Assembly: GCA_963847185.1 (NCBI GenBank)
Contig: CAWJYV010000004.1
Location: 32,001 to 96,000, forward strand
DNA from: an uncultured Methanosarcinaceae archaeon
Lineage (GTDB): Archaea; Halobacteriota; Methanosarcinia; Methanosarcinales; Methanosarcinaceae
Length of the DNA stretch: 64,000 nt
Reading direction: 5' to 3'
The notes under the pieces were generated by a model, which worked only from the letters and a program-made list of their open reading frames with translations, did no database searches and was not told where the DNA came from. Within the stretch, counting starts at the first letter, position 1. Each line of letters begins with the position of its first letter. The position numbers and the translations under genes are program-made. Positions 40,388 to 51,451 of this stretch are shown in pieces.

Positions 40388-43285
40388 ATGAAAACTAAAC
40401 AAATAATTTATTCGATAGCGGCAGCATTAGCAACTTTTATTTTATTTTTAATTTTGGTTTCATCTACGGTATCGGCATCTACAACTCCTCTTGATCAAAA
40501 TACTTCTCTGTCTATTGCAGGCCCATATGTAGGCTCCCTTGTATATGACTCTCCGGCATCTGGAGTAAATAATCAATACGGTCTCGATACAGGAAAACAG
40601 TCCAGAGTAAGACAAAATGGATATATTAATGCAGTACAATTTGCAATCGCTAATGCAAATAAAGTTAACAGGTTCAATGTTTGCATTTGGAGAAGAAACG
40701 ATGATACTGGTAAATATAATCTGGTTGCAAAAAGTAACAATCTAACTCCTGATATTACTACTAGCGGGATCCAAAATATCTTTCTTTCCACTCCATTATA
40801 TGCACATGAAGGTGACTATATTGGATGGGAAGCAAATTCAGTAGACACTACGAATCTAATTATGACATCTAAAGTTCCAGCAGGAACAACTGATGCTAAA
40901 ATTCATTGGGGTACAGCTCGTACTTTTTCAGTTGGCGATGAATACGACTTTGTAAACTCTTCAACTTATCATGTTTCTAATAAAACATATCGTTTAAACA
41001 TATTTATGAGTACAGTAGACACGGCTTTCATAGGGGATTCAGTGGTATCCGGTAGACCCGTACATACATCCTATGTTGATCCTGCTGCTTATTACAATCC
41101 CTGGTCATCAATGTCTTATTGGTGGGGCCTTTACTCAGGTAGGACATATCAAAACCTCGGATGGAGAGGACAAACTACCGCTGAAATCAAAAACAGATTC
41201 TACGCAGATGCAATTGCTTTACATCCGTCAAATGTCTTCATTCAAGGAGGGTTAAACGATTGGGTATATTCGATTAATAAGACGACAACTCTTTCAAATT
41301 TGTGCTGGATGGTAAACGAAACGGTAGCTAATGGATCACACGCCTATCTATGTGAGATTCCCCCGTCTACTGGAAGCGGGAATGCTATAAATTGGGCAGA
41401 CTGGCAATGGATAAATAACCAATTGAAAACGATTTATGCAAATAATTCAAGTGTTACTTTAATTCCAATTAGAAATTATGTTGGACAGAAATATGCTTCT
41501 GGTCCGGCTGGCAACCTATGGGAAATAAATACTGCCTATGATGGTGGAGATGGCCTACACTATAACATTGTAGGGTATCAAAAATTTGCATCTGTCATTT
41601 ACAATTATCATTCAAATAGATATACAGCAGATGTGATAAATGGAACTGCACCACTGTCAGTTCACTTTTCTATACTGAGCCCTACAATATTAAACTCATC
41701 TCTTCCAACTCTGGCAGGGTGGAGCAGGTCAGCAGCAATCGAACCCTCAACAAAAAAATCTTTAAGTGAGTACATTTACATTCCAAAATATCCAGATATG
41801 AAAGCCGATAGTAGCGACGTTAGGTTCTTCCTAAGTAACGGAACGATTCTTCCTTCTCAGTATCAATCAACCTCATCAGGAGTATATTTCATTTACAGAT
41901 ATGCTCATCCAGCAAACGCTCCAGTATATTGTGCGTGGGGGAATAACAGTGCTCTCAATTTGACCCAGGGTACATATTTCGAGGATGGGGAAAGCACTGC
42001 AAACTGGACAAATATGTCAGGCGGTATGATCGAATCATCAGCGGCGAGAGTATACAGTGGAAATCATTCGTTCAAATATACAGACCTATCTGCCACTACA
42101 TATAATGATGACTGCACATTTATGTTACCTGTAAAGACAACTAATGCAACAGTAGAATGGTATGCGAACCCAAGTCAAAACAACACATACTCACGGCTTA
42201 CTATTTTAGATGGAAATGCGTCTCTTAAGAAAGGACCTTGGACCGTATTCGGAGATAATGGACAGATTCAATATTGGGATGGAACAAGCTATAAAAATAT
42301 AAAAAGATATTCAGCAGGCAACTGGTATCGTTTCAAACTGGTGGTGAAATCTGGAACTAAATATGATTTGTACGTGGATGATACCCTAGTAGCAAGCGAC
42401 ATCAATACATTAAATCCAGCTACAGCCTATGATAGAGTAGTGCTTTTTGGATATAATGTCGCTGGCAGTTCATGTTATTATGATAATATTAATATAACAG
42501 TACCGGTAGGCTCAGTTGCAATCACTTCTAATATTTCATATTTTACAATTCCATCAACATCTCTTCCAAATATATATTCGTGGAACTTTGGAGACGGGAT
42601 TAATTCAACCGAGCAAAATCCAACGCATACTTACTCTACAGCAGGAAACTATACAGTTAGTCTGACTGTAAAGAATGCAGTGGGCAATAATGCGCTAACG
42701 AAATATGAGTATATACGCGTAGCTCCTAGTTTTACTCATGTTACATATTTCGAGGATGGGGAGAGCACTGCAAACTGGACAAATATGTCAGGCGGTATGA
42801 TCGGATCATCAGCGGCGAGAGTATACAGTGGAAATCATTCGTTCAAATATACAGACCTATCTGCCACTACATATAATGATGACTGCACATTTATGTTGCC
42901 TGTAAAGACAACTAATGCAACGGTAGAATGGTATGCGAACCCAAGTCAAAACAACACATACTCACGGCTTACTATTTTAGATGGAAATGCGTCTCTTAAG
43001 AAAGGACCTTGGACCGTATTCGGAAATAATGGACAGATTCAATATTGGGACGGGACAAGCTATAAAAATATAAAAAGATATTCAGCAGGCAACTGGTATC
43101 ATTTCAAACTGGTGGTGAAATCTGGAACTAAATATGATTTGTACGTGGATGATACCCTAGTAGCAAGCGATATCAACACATTAAATCCAGCTACAGCCTA
43201 TGATAGAGTAGTAATTTTTGGATTCAATGTCGCTGGCAGTTCATGTTATTATGATAATATTAATATAACAGTACCGAGAGGCTAA
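40388..43285 (+). CDS. Secreted surface protein: SGNH/GDSL hydrolase + PKD + two beta-sandwich modules (alt. start 40343)
   Basis: FIGDSV, NLGWRGQTT, QGGLND, DGLHYN blocks; WNFGDG PKD; duplicated FEDGE module. Confidence 0.88.
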   Translation: MKTKQIIYSIAAALATFILFLILVSSTVSASTTPLDQNTSLSIAGPYVGSLVYDSPASGVNNQYGLDTGKQSRVRQNGYINAVQFAIANANKVNRFNVCIWRRNDDTGKYNLVAKSNNLTPDITTSGIQNIFLSTPLYAHEGDYIGWEANSVDTTNLIMTSKVPAGTTDAKIHWGTARTFSVGDEYDFVNSSTYHVSNKTYRLNIFMSTVDTAFIGDSVVSGRPVHTSYVDPAAYYNPWSSMSYWWGLYSGRTYQNLGWRGQTTAEIKNRFYADAIALHPSNVFIQGGLNDWVYSINKTTTLSNLCWMVNETVANGSHAYLCEIPPSTGSGNAINWADWQWINNQLKTIYANNSSVTLIPIRNYVGQKYASGPAGNLWEINTAYDGGDGLHYNIVGYQKFASVIYNYHSNRYTADVINGTAPLSVHFSILSPTILNSSLPTLAGWSRSAAIEPSTKKSLSEYIYIPKYPDMKADSSDVRFFLSNGTILPSQYQSTSSGVYFIYRYAHPANAPVYCAWGNNSALNLTQGTYFEDGESTANWTNMSGGMIESSAARVYSGNHSFKYTDLSATTYNDDCTFMLPVKTTNATVEWYANPSQNNTYSRLTILDGNASLKKGPWTVFGDNGQIQYWDGTSYKNIKRYSAGNWYRFKLVVKSGTKYDLYVDDTLVASDINTLNPATAYDRVVLFGYNVAGSSCYYDNINITVPVGSVAITSNISYFTIPSTSLPNIYSWNFGDGINSTEQNPTHTYSTAGNYTVSLTVKNAVGNNALTKYEYIRVAPSFTHVTYFEDGESTANWTNMSGGMIGSSAARVYSGNHSFKYTDLSATTYNDDCTFMLPVKTTNATVEWYANPSQNNTYSRLTILDGNASLKKGPWTVFGNNGQIQYWDGTSYKNIKRYSAGNWYHFKLVVKSGTKYDLYVDDTLVASDINTLNPATAYDRVVIFGFNVAGSSCYYDNINITVPRG

Positions 43286-44060
43286 GTTCTTGCAATCACT
43301 TCTAATATTTCATATTTTACAATTTCGTCAACATCTCTTCCAAATACATGTTCGTGAAACTTTGGAGACGGAGCTAACTCAACCGAGTGGATCTAACACA
43401 TACTTACTCAACAGCAGGAAATTATACAGTTAACCTGACTGTAAGCAATGTAAACGGTACGAGTTCGAAATTTACTAGAATAATAATTATAACGCAGCCA
43501 GTATTTTCTGCATTCCTAGCTTCAGGAAAAGAGTCGTTTACTGTCATTTATTGACCAGAGCACAGGATCGCCAAATTCGTGGAACTGGAATTTTGGAGAT
43601 GCAGTTACTTCGACTGAAAAGAATCCTCTACACATCCTACATTCGGCAGGTCGACATTTAATTTTTAATAATTTTTACTGATGGCGATTTTAGGATAATG
43701 CTCTATAATTGTGTTTAGTTATTAGGTTTAAATATGATCCAAACATGAAATCTCATACTAAACTTTGAGGAATAAATTATTCAGTTTTTATATACGTCGA
43801 GAGAGTTTTAGACACAAGTTAACCAGCTTTAAACATAACCTATAGTTAGCTAATGTTCTAAAACGGCATCGGCAAAATTATTCTGATTTATCATGTCGAC
43901 CTGCCGAAAGTGGGATATATACAACAAGGTAGGACAATATCATGTCTACCTTGATATTAAATAATACATGGGGCAGTATTGCAGTGACAAAATCCATTAT
44001 ACTGCTTTTCAAACGGTTTTGAGGTCATGGTTGTGGCTTTTTCTGCCGCCCCAACTTCAC
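43286..44060 (+). pseudogene. Decayed PKD-repeat tail of the preceding gene
   Basis: Fragments NFGDG, YSTAGNYTVNLTVSN, WNWNFGDA, NPLH/IYNKVGQYHVYLDIK, VAFSAAPTS with stops and frameshifts. Confidence 0.75.
43634..43916. mobile_element. 283-bp MITE D inserted in a PKD remnant
   Basis: 24-bp TIR ATCCTACATTCGGCAGGTCGACAT / ATGTCGACCTGCCGAAAGTGGGAT. Confidence 0.8.
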
Positions 44061-44370
44061 GATCTGCAAGCCGATGGTATGCTGTAAAGTTACATTCGAT
44101 CTATAAATATTTGAGATTCTTTCGATCGTGTTACTCCAATGTAAAGTTACAGTAGCTCAACATTTTTAGTATAGGCTCATTAAGTAATGATTTTAAAAAT
44201 AATATTGGATCTGAAAGTACTTTGTTTAACTCAGAAAGCAATTATACTGTTAAAAACAGTCTTATTCTTCAACCAAGTTGTATACTTAAAGCCGAGAATA
44301 CTTTCTTTTACAGCACATCATATCCGTCGATAAACTGTTAAGCAGCAAACTAAAAAATCTTCATTAAATT

Positions 44371-45876
44371 TTAATTTTTTGTATAAATATTATATATACC
44401 AATTGATGTTTCTAGCTTGTAAGTATTATTTATAAACATTGATACATTACTAAAATAACTAGGTTTAGAATACTGACCCTGCGTAATTACATAAATATTA
44501 CCGTTCTTTAATTTATTAATAATTTCATTTTCCAATTTTTCACTATGCCTAAATTTATCAAATATAATTATATTAGCAACTGGTTTTCTACCAGATAAAT
44601 AATAAATAGAAGGCTGATAAGTGAAAACGAATATGCTATCATTATCAAGAGTGTGAGATATAATATAATTAGATGTATCTATTTGCTCCTTATAAATAAT
44701 TCTTCCATTGTGTACAGTAGTGTTTGCTAAATACAGATCATATACAAACGAAGATGTGACCATTCCAATTATACAGGTGATTGTAAAAATTTGGATATAG
44801 TCTCTCTTTAAAAAAGTCTCCTTAACTGATTTCAATCTAAACTTCGGAAAAGTATTTATAATTAATATGGATGCTAAAATACAGGCATGAGGAAGAACTG
44901 GAATGAAATAATGTCCATATTGTCTTGAGGTCAAAGGATATAAAGAAATTATAAATAAAATTGCTATAAAAAGAATTTTTTCGTTATAATTGCTACGAAT
45001 GTACTTATATCCAAGGATAAATATCGCCACTAAAGACAAAACCCATATTGCAGCATAACTTATAAAAATTTTAAGCAAACCTGTAATGTCAACTGGCTCT
45101 TCCTCAAGGACATATATAAATTTCATAGCCTGAAAAATGAAATAGGTTGATACTGAATCTATGTGATGAAAATACAAATATCCTATAAATGCTGGAATTA
45201 TAAATCCAAAGGTTATTAAAGACATTTTTTTAATTGAACTTATTATATAGCTTTTATTGCGATTTTGAGGGTCATGCAAATTTAATATAAAAAATAATCC
45301 AATGCTTGCTATATAAAATAGCCCTATTGTCTTGCAAAGAGATGAAATCGAGAATAAGAAACCAGACAATACTAGATGGAATGTGTCATCGGATTTTAAA
45401 AAATAGTATATCCCTATTAAACCAAAAAATAACATAAACGGTTCAGTTAATACCATGTACATTTGAAAAGTTGGTATAAGAACTCCAATCAAAAAAAGAA
45501 TACAGGCTACTTTTCCAACTTTTTCGTCAAAAAGAAAACTGCCAATTTTAAAAATAAGAACCGCATTTAAACCATTAATAATAAATAATATTATTCTCGG
45601 ATATATAATAGAGTCCCCAAATATAAATAATACTAAAGAGAGTATCCCGTAAAATGCGGGATAGCCTCCAACTACCCATGAATCTCTTTGATTAAGTGAC
45701 CCAGATAAAATACTCTCTGCCTTGAATAGATAATAAGCTTCGTCTGGACCTATAAAATTTCTAATATAAATCAACTGTCCGAATAAAAGAGATACAAATA
45801 TAAACAAAAAAGTGATATCATAATTTTTAAGTTTATAAATGATATCACAATTTTTAAGTTTATTATGGGCTTCCAC
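44371..45876 (-). CDS. GT-C membrane glycosyltransferase (ArnT/PMT_2-like)
   Basis: PDEAYY loop after TM1, LTEPF, ~11 TM helices, HYFIPVLP. Confidence 0.8.
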   Translation of the reverse strand: MEAHNKLKNCDIIYKLKNYDITFLFIFVSLLFGQLIYIRNFIGPDEAYYLFKAESILSGSLNQRDSWVVGGYPAFYGILSLVLFIFGDSIIYPRIILFIINGLNAVLIFKIGSFLFDEKVGKVACILFLIGVLIPTFQMYMVLTEPFMLFFGLIGIYYFLKSDDTFHLVLSGFLFSISSLCKTIGLFYIASIGLFFILNLHDPQNRNKSYIISSIKKMSLITFGFIIPAFIGYLYFHHIDSVSTYFIFQAMKFIYVLEEEPVDITGLLKIFISYAAIWVLSLVAIFILGYKYIRSNYNEKILFIAILFIISLYPLTSRQYGHYFIPVLPHACILASILIINTFPKFRLKSVKETFLKRDYIQIFTITCIIGMVTSSFVYDLYLANTTVHNGRIIYKEQIDTSNYIISHTLDNDSIFVFTYQPSIYYLSGRKPVANIIIFDKFRHSEKLENEIINKLKNGNIYVITQGQYSKPSYFSNVSMFINNTYKLETSIGIYNIYTKN

Positions 45877-46114
45877 TGTAAGTCTCCCTAGTCTTTTTAA
45901 GCAATTAGTCTGTCCTCTGCCATCAATTATAGTTTATTAATCTTTGATATGAGTAAAGAAGAATCTGCTATATTTCGTAGTATTTTCCAACGTATAATCA
46001 GACGAAAGCATAAAAATGGACATATTGATATTGCGTTGCCTTTATAGAATGAGCGATTATTAACAGAAGAAATAAAGCAATATCCTTTAAAAACAATGTA
46101 TCTTCTTTTGTAAA

Positions 46115-47065
46115 TTAGCCAATAGTAACCCTCTTAGTAATTTTTTTATTTAAAGTGACATACACTGCTCCACCGATTACACCAACGCCAACCTTCGCAA
46201 AATATAATAGTAAAGATATCATAACTGCGATCGATGAATCAATACCAATAAATGAAAATAAAACTGCCATTGTTCCCTCCCTGACCCCTAGACCACCAAA
46301 TGAAATTGGAATGAGTGATGAGACATATACTAGAGGCATAATCACCATAACGTGGTATATTGTAACTGGTAGGGAGAAATTATAACAAAAAAGTCTAACT
46401 ATTAACATATCTCCTAGTTGTCCTAACATGGATAATATAAGAATAATTGTTATTAGCTTGTAATTGATGTCTATTTTTTGATCCAAATATATTTTGAGTA
46501 AAACAGTAGCTACAATCGTTGTAATTATTATGAGAAATAAAAAAGATCTATCATAATTTAGCATCTTATAATAATCTGAGACTATAAGAGAACTAAAACA
46601 AAATATCAGAACAACTGAAACAAGCCCCACGGTTCTTTCTATAAATACGAATAATGTGGATTTTTTAACTGTTATATCATATTTTTTTGAAACACTATAA
46701 ACTCTTGTAATATCTCCTCCAATTGACCCGGGGAGGAAAATATTGAAAAACGCTCCTACTAAATAAAAATTAAAAAGTTCGGTTAATAAACACTTACAAG
46801 CTGTATATTTCTTTAAGAGAATTTCCCATCTAATAGACATAAAAAGTAAACTCGCAAGAGTAATAATAATTGATAAAAATAAGTAATAAATAGTTAAAGA
46901 ATCAAGCTCTTTCAGTATAGTTAGATCTATTGTTGTAAAAATATATAGTAAAATACATAAAGAGATAGTTAATTTTAATAACATCTTATTTTTTATATTT
47001 TTCATAAGTCGGCTCCAAGTTCGTAAATTTTTTCCAAATTCAGATGTTACATATTTTCTGGCCAT
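46115..47065 (-). CDS. UPF0104/LPG-synthase TM-like putative flippase
   Basis: RWEILL, FFNIFLPGSIGGD, FIER, PISFGGLGVREG. Confidence 0.85.
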   Translation of the reverse strand: MARKYVTSEFGKNLRTWSRLMKNIKNKMLLKLTISLCILLYIFTTIDLTILKELDSLTIYYLFLSIIITLASLLFMSIRWEILLKKYTACKCLLTELFNFYLVGAFFNIFLPGSIGGDITRVYSVSKKYDITVKKSTLFVFIERTVGLVSVVLIFCFSSLIVSDYYKMLNYDRSFLFLIIITTIVATVLLKIYLDQKIDINYKLITIILILSMLGQLGDMLIVRLFCYNFSLPVTIYHVMVIMPLVYVSSLIPISFGGLGVREGTMAVLFSFIGIDSSIAVMISLLLYFAKVGVGVIGGAVYVTLNKKITKRVTIG

Positions 47066-47322
47066 CTATCTTGACAAAAACCTTCTACCTTTTATATTAT
47101 GAAAATTATTGATAAAATGAATTGTACCTCAGAGCGCATTTTCCGCTTTTCAACGTTTGAAATTTTCCAGTTAAATCTTATTGTTTAATTGTTCCAAATT
47201 AATTTTTTTGTCGAAGCAGTTTAAATAATATCTCAAAAATTTACAATTTTTTTAATCATGTAATTCTTCTAATATCGTTTCCTAATTGAAATATAATCTT
47301 AAAATAGTAGAACCATTCGTAC

Positions 47323-48567
47323 TTATAATAGGGTTGGAACTAATAAAGTAGGAGTCTCTATCAATTTTATTTTTATTCTACCCAAAAAATCAATACATCT
47401 TCTTTCAGCATTTTCTACGTTATTATCTTTTACAATAATTTCTCCAATTCTATCTGGCCCAATTTGGAATTTATTTACGAAATCCCCTTCTTTAATATCT
47501 GCAGAAATATTTACGACATATGGACTATTTTTCAGATTGGAAGGGATCATAATACTTTTTAATATACCTGATTCTTTTGAAGTAATAAGCATAGCAGAAG
47601 TAGCCTGTTTTTTCTTTGCCTGAAAGTCGGGTTCTTCTCCCATAGCTATTTTCATACATTGCTTAGTAACATCAATTCCAGTATATACTTCAGTTAACTC
47701 TGGAAGACAAGTTGCTCCCATTCTAGCTCCAACTTCGAATACTTTTACACCATCCTCAGTTAGGATAAGATCTAAATTGGCAGCACAGTTGTTTATTTTC
47801 AATGCGCTAATGGCTTTTTTACAAGCAGACTTTACTTCGTCCAAAATTTCAGTATTTTTGAAAGGATAAGAGTGTCCTATTGGTACACAATGCGGTGGGG
47901 GTGTAATTATATCATTATGTGCACAAATCAATTTCACTTCTTCATTAAATATGAAAGCTTGAGCGCCAAATTCACTTCCGTCGAGGAATTCCTCTATCAA
48001 AATGTTCTCGTTATTTTTTGAGTATTCTTTTGCAAATTCCCATGAAGCTTTTAATTCAGAATCTGAGTTTGCTTTTGTGATCCCTCTACTCCCTGAACTA
48101 TTTATTGCTTTTACCATTACAGGATAACCAATAAAGTTAGCAATACCCTTGGCTTGCTCTAAATTATTCACGATTTCGAATTTTGCGGTTGGTACTCCAT
48201 TTTCTTTGAATGCTTTTTTCATAAGAATTTTATTTGTAGATAGTATACATGCTTCGAAACTTGGTCCCGTGAGGTTAAGCTCATCGTTGACTCTTCCTAA
48301 AGCAGGCAGTGCAACGTCAGTTCCTGTGGTAAAAACCCCTTGAATATTATACTTTTTTGCTACATCCAGTATCTTAACAATATCAGTTGTATCTACATTA
48401 AGGGCTATATTTGCAAATTTATAACCTGGATATTGTTCAATATCATAACTCAAAACGATGGTTTTATACCCCAATTCGTTAGCTTTTTTTATTGCGGGAA
48501 CCTGGTAAACTCCTGCCCCCAATATTAAAATGTACTTTTCATTTCGTTTCATATTTATCAAAACCAA
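47323..48567 (-). CDS. ATP-grasp ligase
   Basis: LGAGVYQ, NKILMK, GYPVMVKA..SSGSRGI, IEEFLDG, FEVGARMG. Confidence 0.88.
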   Translation of the reverse strand: MVLINMKRNEKYILILGAGVYQVPAIKKANELGYKTIVLSYDIEQYPGYKFANIALNVDTTDIVKILDVAKKYNIQGVFTTGTDVALPALGRVNDELNLTGPSFEACILSTNKILMKKAFKENGVPTAKFEIVNNLEQAKGIANFIGYPVMVKAINSSGSRGITKANSDSELKASWEFAKEYSKNNENILIEEFLDGSEFGAQAFIFNEEVKLICAHNDIITPPPHCVPIGHSYPFKNTEILDEVKSACKKAISALKINNCAANLDLILTEDGVKVFEVGARMGATCLPELTEVYTGIDVTKQCMKIAMGEEPDFQAKKKQATSAMLITSKESGILKSIMIPSNLKNSPYVVNISADIKEGDFVNKFQIGPDRIGEIIVKDNNVENAERRCIDFLGRIKIKLIETPTLLVPTLL

Positions 48568-48574
48568 GTTGATT

Positions 48575-49072
48575 TTAAGTTCTGTATTTTACGACTCTAC
48601 CCGGATTTCCAACTACAACCCCATATTCAGGAATATCTTTAACAACAACAGTTCCTGCTCCAATGACAGCTCCATTTCCTATAGTCACTCCTTTTAGTAT
48701 TGTAGCATTAGCTCCTATCCAAACATCATTCCCAATTTTTATTTTTTTATACAAGTGAGGCTGATTTCTAATTAATTCTTTTTTTTCAATTCCATGATCT
48801 CTACTCCATATTACTGTTTTTGGACCAATTAATACATCATTTCCAATTTCTATCTCCCCTAATAGATGACACCCAGAATTCATGTAGAAATTATCTCCTA
48901 TTGTGATTCCAATTCCTGGATAACCATTAATTCGACAGTAAGGCTCTACAGTAGCTTTTCCTAAAAATTTAACCCCATAAAACCTGCAGTTATTATAAAT
49001 ATAGACCCCTTGCCTTTTTAATAAAATTCTTTCAATATAGGTCTTTAATTTTGTTGTAAGCCTTTTAGTCAT
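48575..49072 (-). CDS. Hexapeptide-repeat acyltransferase
   Basis: IGNDVWIGANATILKGVTIGNGAVIGAG..V.KD...VVGNP. Confidence 0.9.
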   Translation of the reverse strand: MTKRLTTKLKTYIERILLKRQGVYIYNNCRFYGVKFLGKATVEPYCRINGYPGIGITIGDNFYMNSGCHLLGEIEIGNDVLIGPKTVIWSRDHGIEKKELIRNQPHLYKKIKIGNDVWIGANATILKGVTIGNGAVIGAGTVVVKDIPEYGVVVGNPGRVVKYRT

Positions 49073-49131
49073 TGGAAACTCGCACTATTTTATTATATAA
49101 TGTATCAATATTGGGATATCTATAATTTTAT

Positions 49132-50058
49132 TTAGGCACATATTTCTTTTATTGTATATTGATTATCATTATTCACCTGTCTAATTATTCTAATTAAGTA
49201 CTCTCCAATGATCCCAATAGAGAATAAAAGGATGCCAAAGAAAAATAAAAGCAGAACCATTAGGCTCGTCCATCCTTCTGGAGCCTTATTGAACTCGAGT
49301 TTTTTCCAGATCAAATAAGAAGATAATACAAAACTCATAAAAGATGTAAATATTCCAATCATGCTAATTGTTTTCAAGGGGAGAGTTGAATAGTTTATAA
49401 TATTATCCAATGTTGTTTTAATCATTTTAGTTACATTATACCCCGATTTACCTACCTTTCTTTCTTTGTGCTCAACCATCACATTTTTTAAATTAAGTGT
49501 AGTTGATAAAAGTATAGGCCCGATAGTTGGATTATGGGATTTATTTTGCGCCATTACCTCTACAATTTCTTTACTTAATATTCGAAAAGAACCCATTTTC
49601 AAACTTTTAGGCTTCCCGAATATCTTATAATCCATTTCTCCTACAAACCAACTTCCTAAATTTCTAATATATCCATGCTCTTTTTTGAAGGGTTTTCCAA
49701 TAATTCCATCTACACCTTTATTTTCGTCAAAAGCATGTATAAGCTTAGGAATTTCTTCCGGTGGGTGCTGTAAATCGTCATCCATTGTAATAACTTTGGA
49801 GCCACAAACGTGGTTGAAGCCGCACATTAACGCATTATGTTGACCAAAATTCTTAATTAATTTTATAATCTTCACTTGCTTGTCTTTATAATTCAATTCT
49901 TTCATTATTTTCCAACTACTGTCACGACTACCATCATCAACTAGTATAATCTCATAGTCCTCACTAATAGTCAAAAATACTTTTTTGATCCTTTCATACA
50001 ATTCATTTAAAGTGGATTCCGAATTATATACAGGAATTACGATGGAATATTCAGTGAC
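49132..50058 (-). CDS. GT2 polyprenol-phosphate glycosyltransferase (ArnC/GtrB-like); N-terminus extends beyond TTG 50001
   Basis: EYSIVIPVYN lies in frame upstream of 50001; VDDGSRD, NFGQH, MDDDLQHPPE; two C-terminal TMs. Confidence 0.88.
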   Translation of the reverse strand, partial: VTEYSIVIPVYNSESTLNELYERIKKVFLTISEDYEIILVDDGSRDSSWKIMKELNYKDKQVKIIKLIKNFGQHNALMCGFNHVCGSKVITMDDDLQHPPEEIPKLIHAFDENKGVDGIIGKPFKKEHGYIRNLGSWFVGEMDYKIFGKPKSLKMGSFRILSKEIVEVMAQNKSHNPTIGPILLSTTLNLKNVMVEHKERKVGKSGYNVTKMIKTTLDNIINYSTLPLKTISMIGIFTSFMSFVLSSYLIWKKLEFNKAPEGWTSLMVLLLFFFGILLFSIGIIGEYLIRIIRQVNNDNQYTIKEICA

Positions 50059-51236
50059 GGTATCACCACTTTCTCATAATCATTGAATTCCATTCTGAGA
50101 CAGGACAACAAATATTCAAGGTTTTCTTCATTTATCCCAGCATACAAAGGCAACCTTAATATCCTTCCACTAACATCTTCTGTAACAGGAAGATCACCTT
50201 CTCTACCTCCCAATTTCAACCCGAGAGGTGCTGAATGAAGTGGAATGTAATGAAATACAGAATAAACCCATTTTTTTCTTAGTCCATCCATAAAATCGTT
50301 TCTTGTTTTGTTGATATCGAATAATATGTAAAACATGTGAGCGTTATGCTTCGCATACTTAGGAACAATCGGCAGACTGACTTTTCCCTCATCTTCAAAG
50401 GGTTTTAATGCATCGTAATAAGCATTCCATACTTCCATTCTCATTTCTTGAATTTCGTCCATTTTCTCCAATTGAGCGTAAAGAAATGCTGCCAAGATAT
50501 CACTCGGAAGATAACTTGATCCAATGTCAACCCATGTATATTTGTCCACTTCTCCACGGAAGAATTTACTCCTATCAGTTCCTTTTTCTCTAATGATTTC
50601 CAAGCGCTCAGTTATAGTTTCATCATCAGTGTTGACTAAAAGAGCTCCCCCTTCTCCACAAATGTAATTTTTAGTTTCATGAAAACTGTAACATCCAAAA
50701 TCCCCAATTGTCCCAAGGTATTTATTTTTATACTTTGCGTTGACACCATGAGCTGCATCTTCTATTACTTTTAGGTCATTATCTTCTGCAATTTCCATAA
50801 TTTGTTTCATATCACAGGAAACTCCTGCATAATGAACAGGATATATGGCCTTCGTTCTAGGAGTAAGCTTTCTTCTTATATCTTCAGGATCTATGTTCAG
50901 CGTTCCTTCTTCAATATCTGTAAAGATAGGTTTCGCTCCAGCAAGTAAAATCGCATTAACAGTTGAGGAAAAGGTATAAGAAGGAACTATAACTTCGTCC
51001 CCAGGTTTAAAATCAAGAGAATAACTAATAAGTTCAAGAGCACTTGTGCCTGAAGTAGTGAGCAAAACCTTCTTCGCTCCGAATTTTACTTCCATAAATT
51101 CCTGAACTTTATGAGTATATTTACCATCCCCACTGAGATGTGAGCCGTCTTCACCCTTTTTCACTGAGTTAAACAGATCCTCTATATACTTTAGTTCGTT
51201 TCCAGTAAGATAAGGCTTATTAAATGGAATATGCAT
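50037..51236 (-). CDS. wecE: dTDP-4-amino-4,6-dideoxygalactose transaminase-like
   Basis: IPFNKP, LLTTSGTSALE, SFHETKN, EKGTDRSKFFRGEVDKYTW, VFHYIPLH. Confidence 0.9.
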   Translation of the reverse strand: MHIPFNKPYLTGNELKYIEDLFNSVKKGEDGSHLSGDGKYTHKVQEFMEVKFGAKKVLLTTSGTSALELISYSLDFKPGDEVIVPSYTFSSTVNAILLAGAKPIFTDIEEGTLNIDPEDIRRKLTPRTKAIYPVHYAGVSCDMKQIMEIAEDNDLKVIEDAAHGVNAKYKNKYLGTIGDFGCYSFHETKNYICGEGGALLVNTDDETITERLEIIREKGTDRSKFFRGEVDKYTWVDIGSSYLPSDILAAFLYAQLEKMDEIQEMRMEVWNAYYDALKPFEDEGKVSLPIVPKYAKHNAHMFYILFDINKTRNDFMDGLRKKWVYSVFHYIPLHSAPLGLKLGGREGDLPVTEDVSGRILRLPLYAGINEENLEYLLSCLRMEFNDYEKVVIPSLNIPS

Positions 51237-51451
51237 GGTAAGTCTCCATTATTGAGTTTTAAATTAGAGAAATGTATTAATTCCCTCAATTTCTTTTAGA
51301 AGAAAATCTGGGAAGCATTTGTAAGCTTTGATATTTGTAATCTGGAATGTATCTCACAGGAGGTTTACGTTATTATGTGCACAGTTATAATTAATTTATA
51401 AAGTTATAAAGTTTTCTACAAACACTTTTTAAAGATAAAGGATAAGATTTC

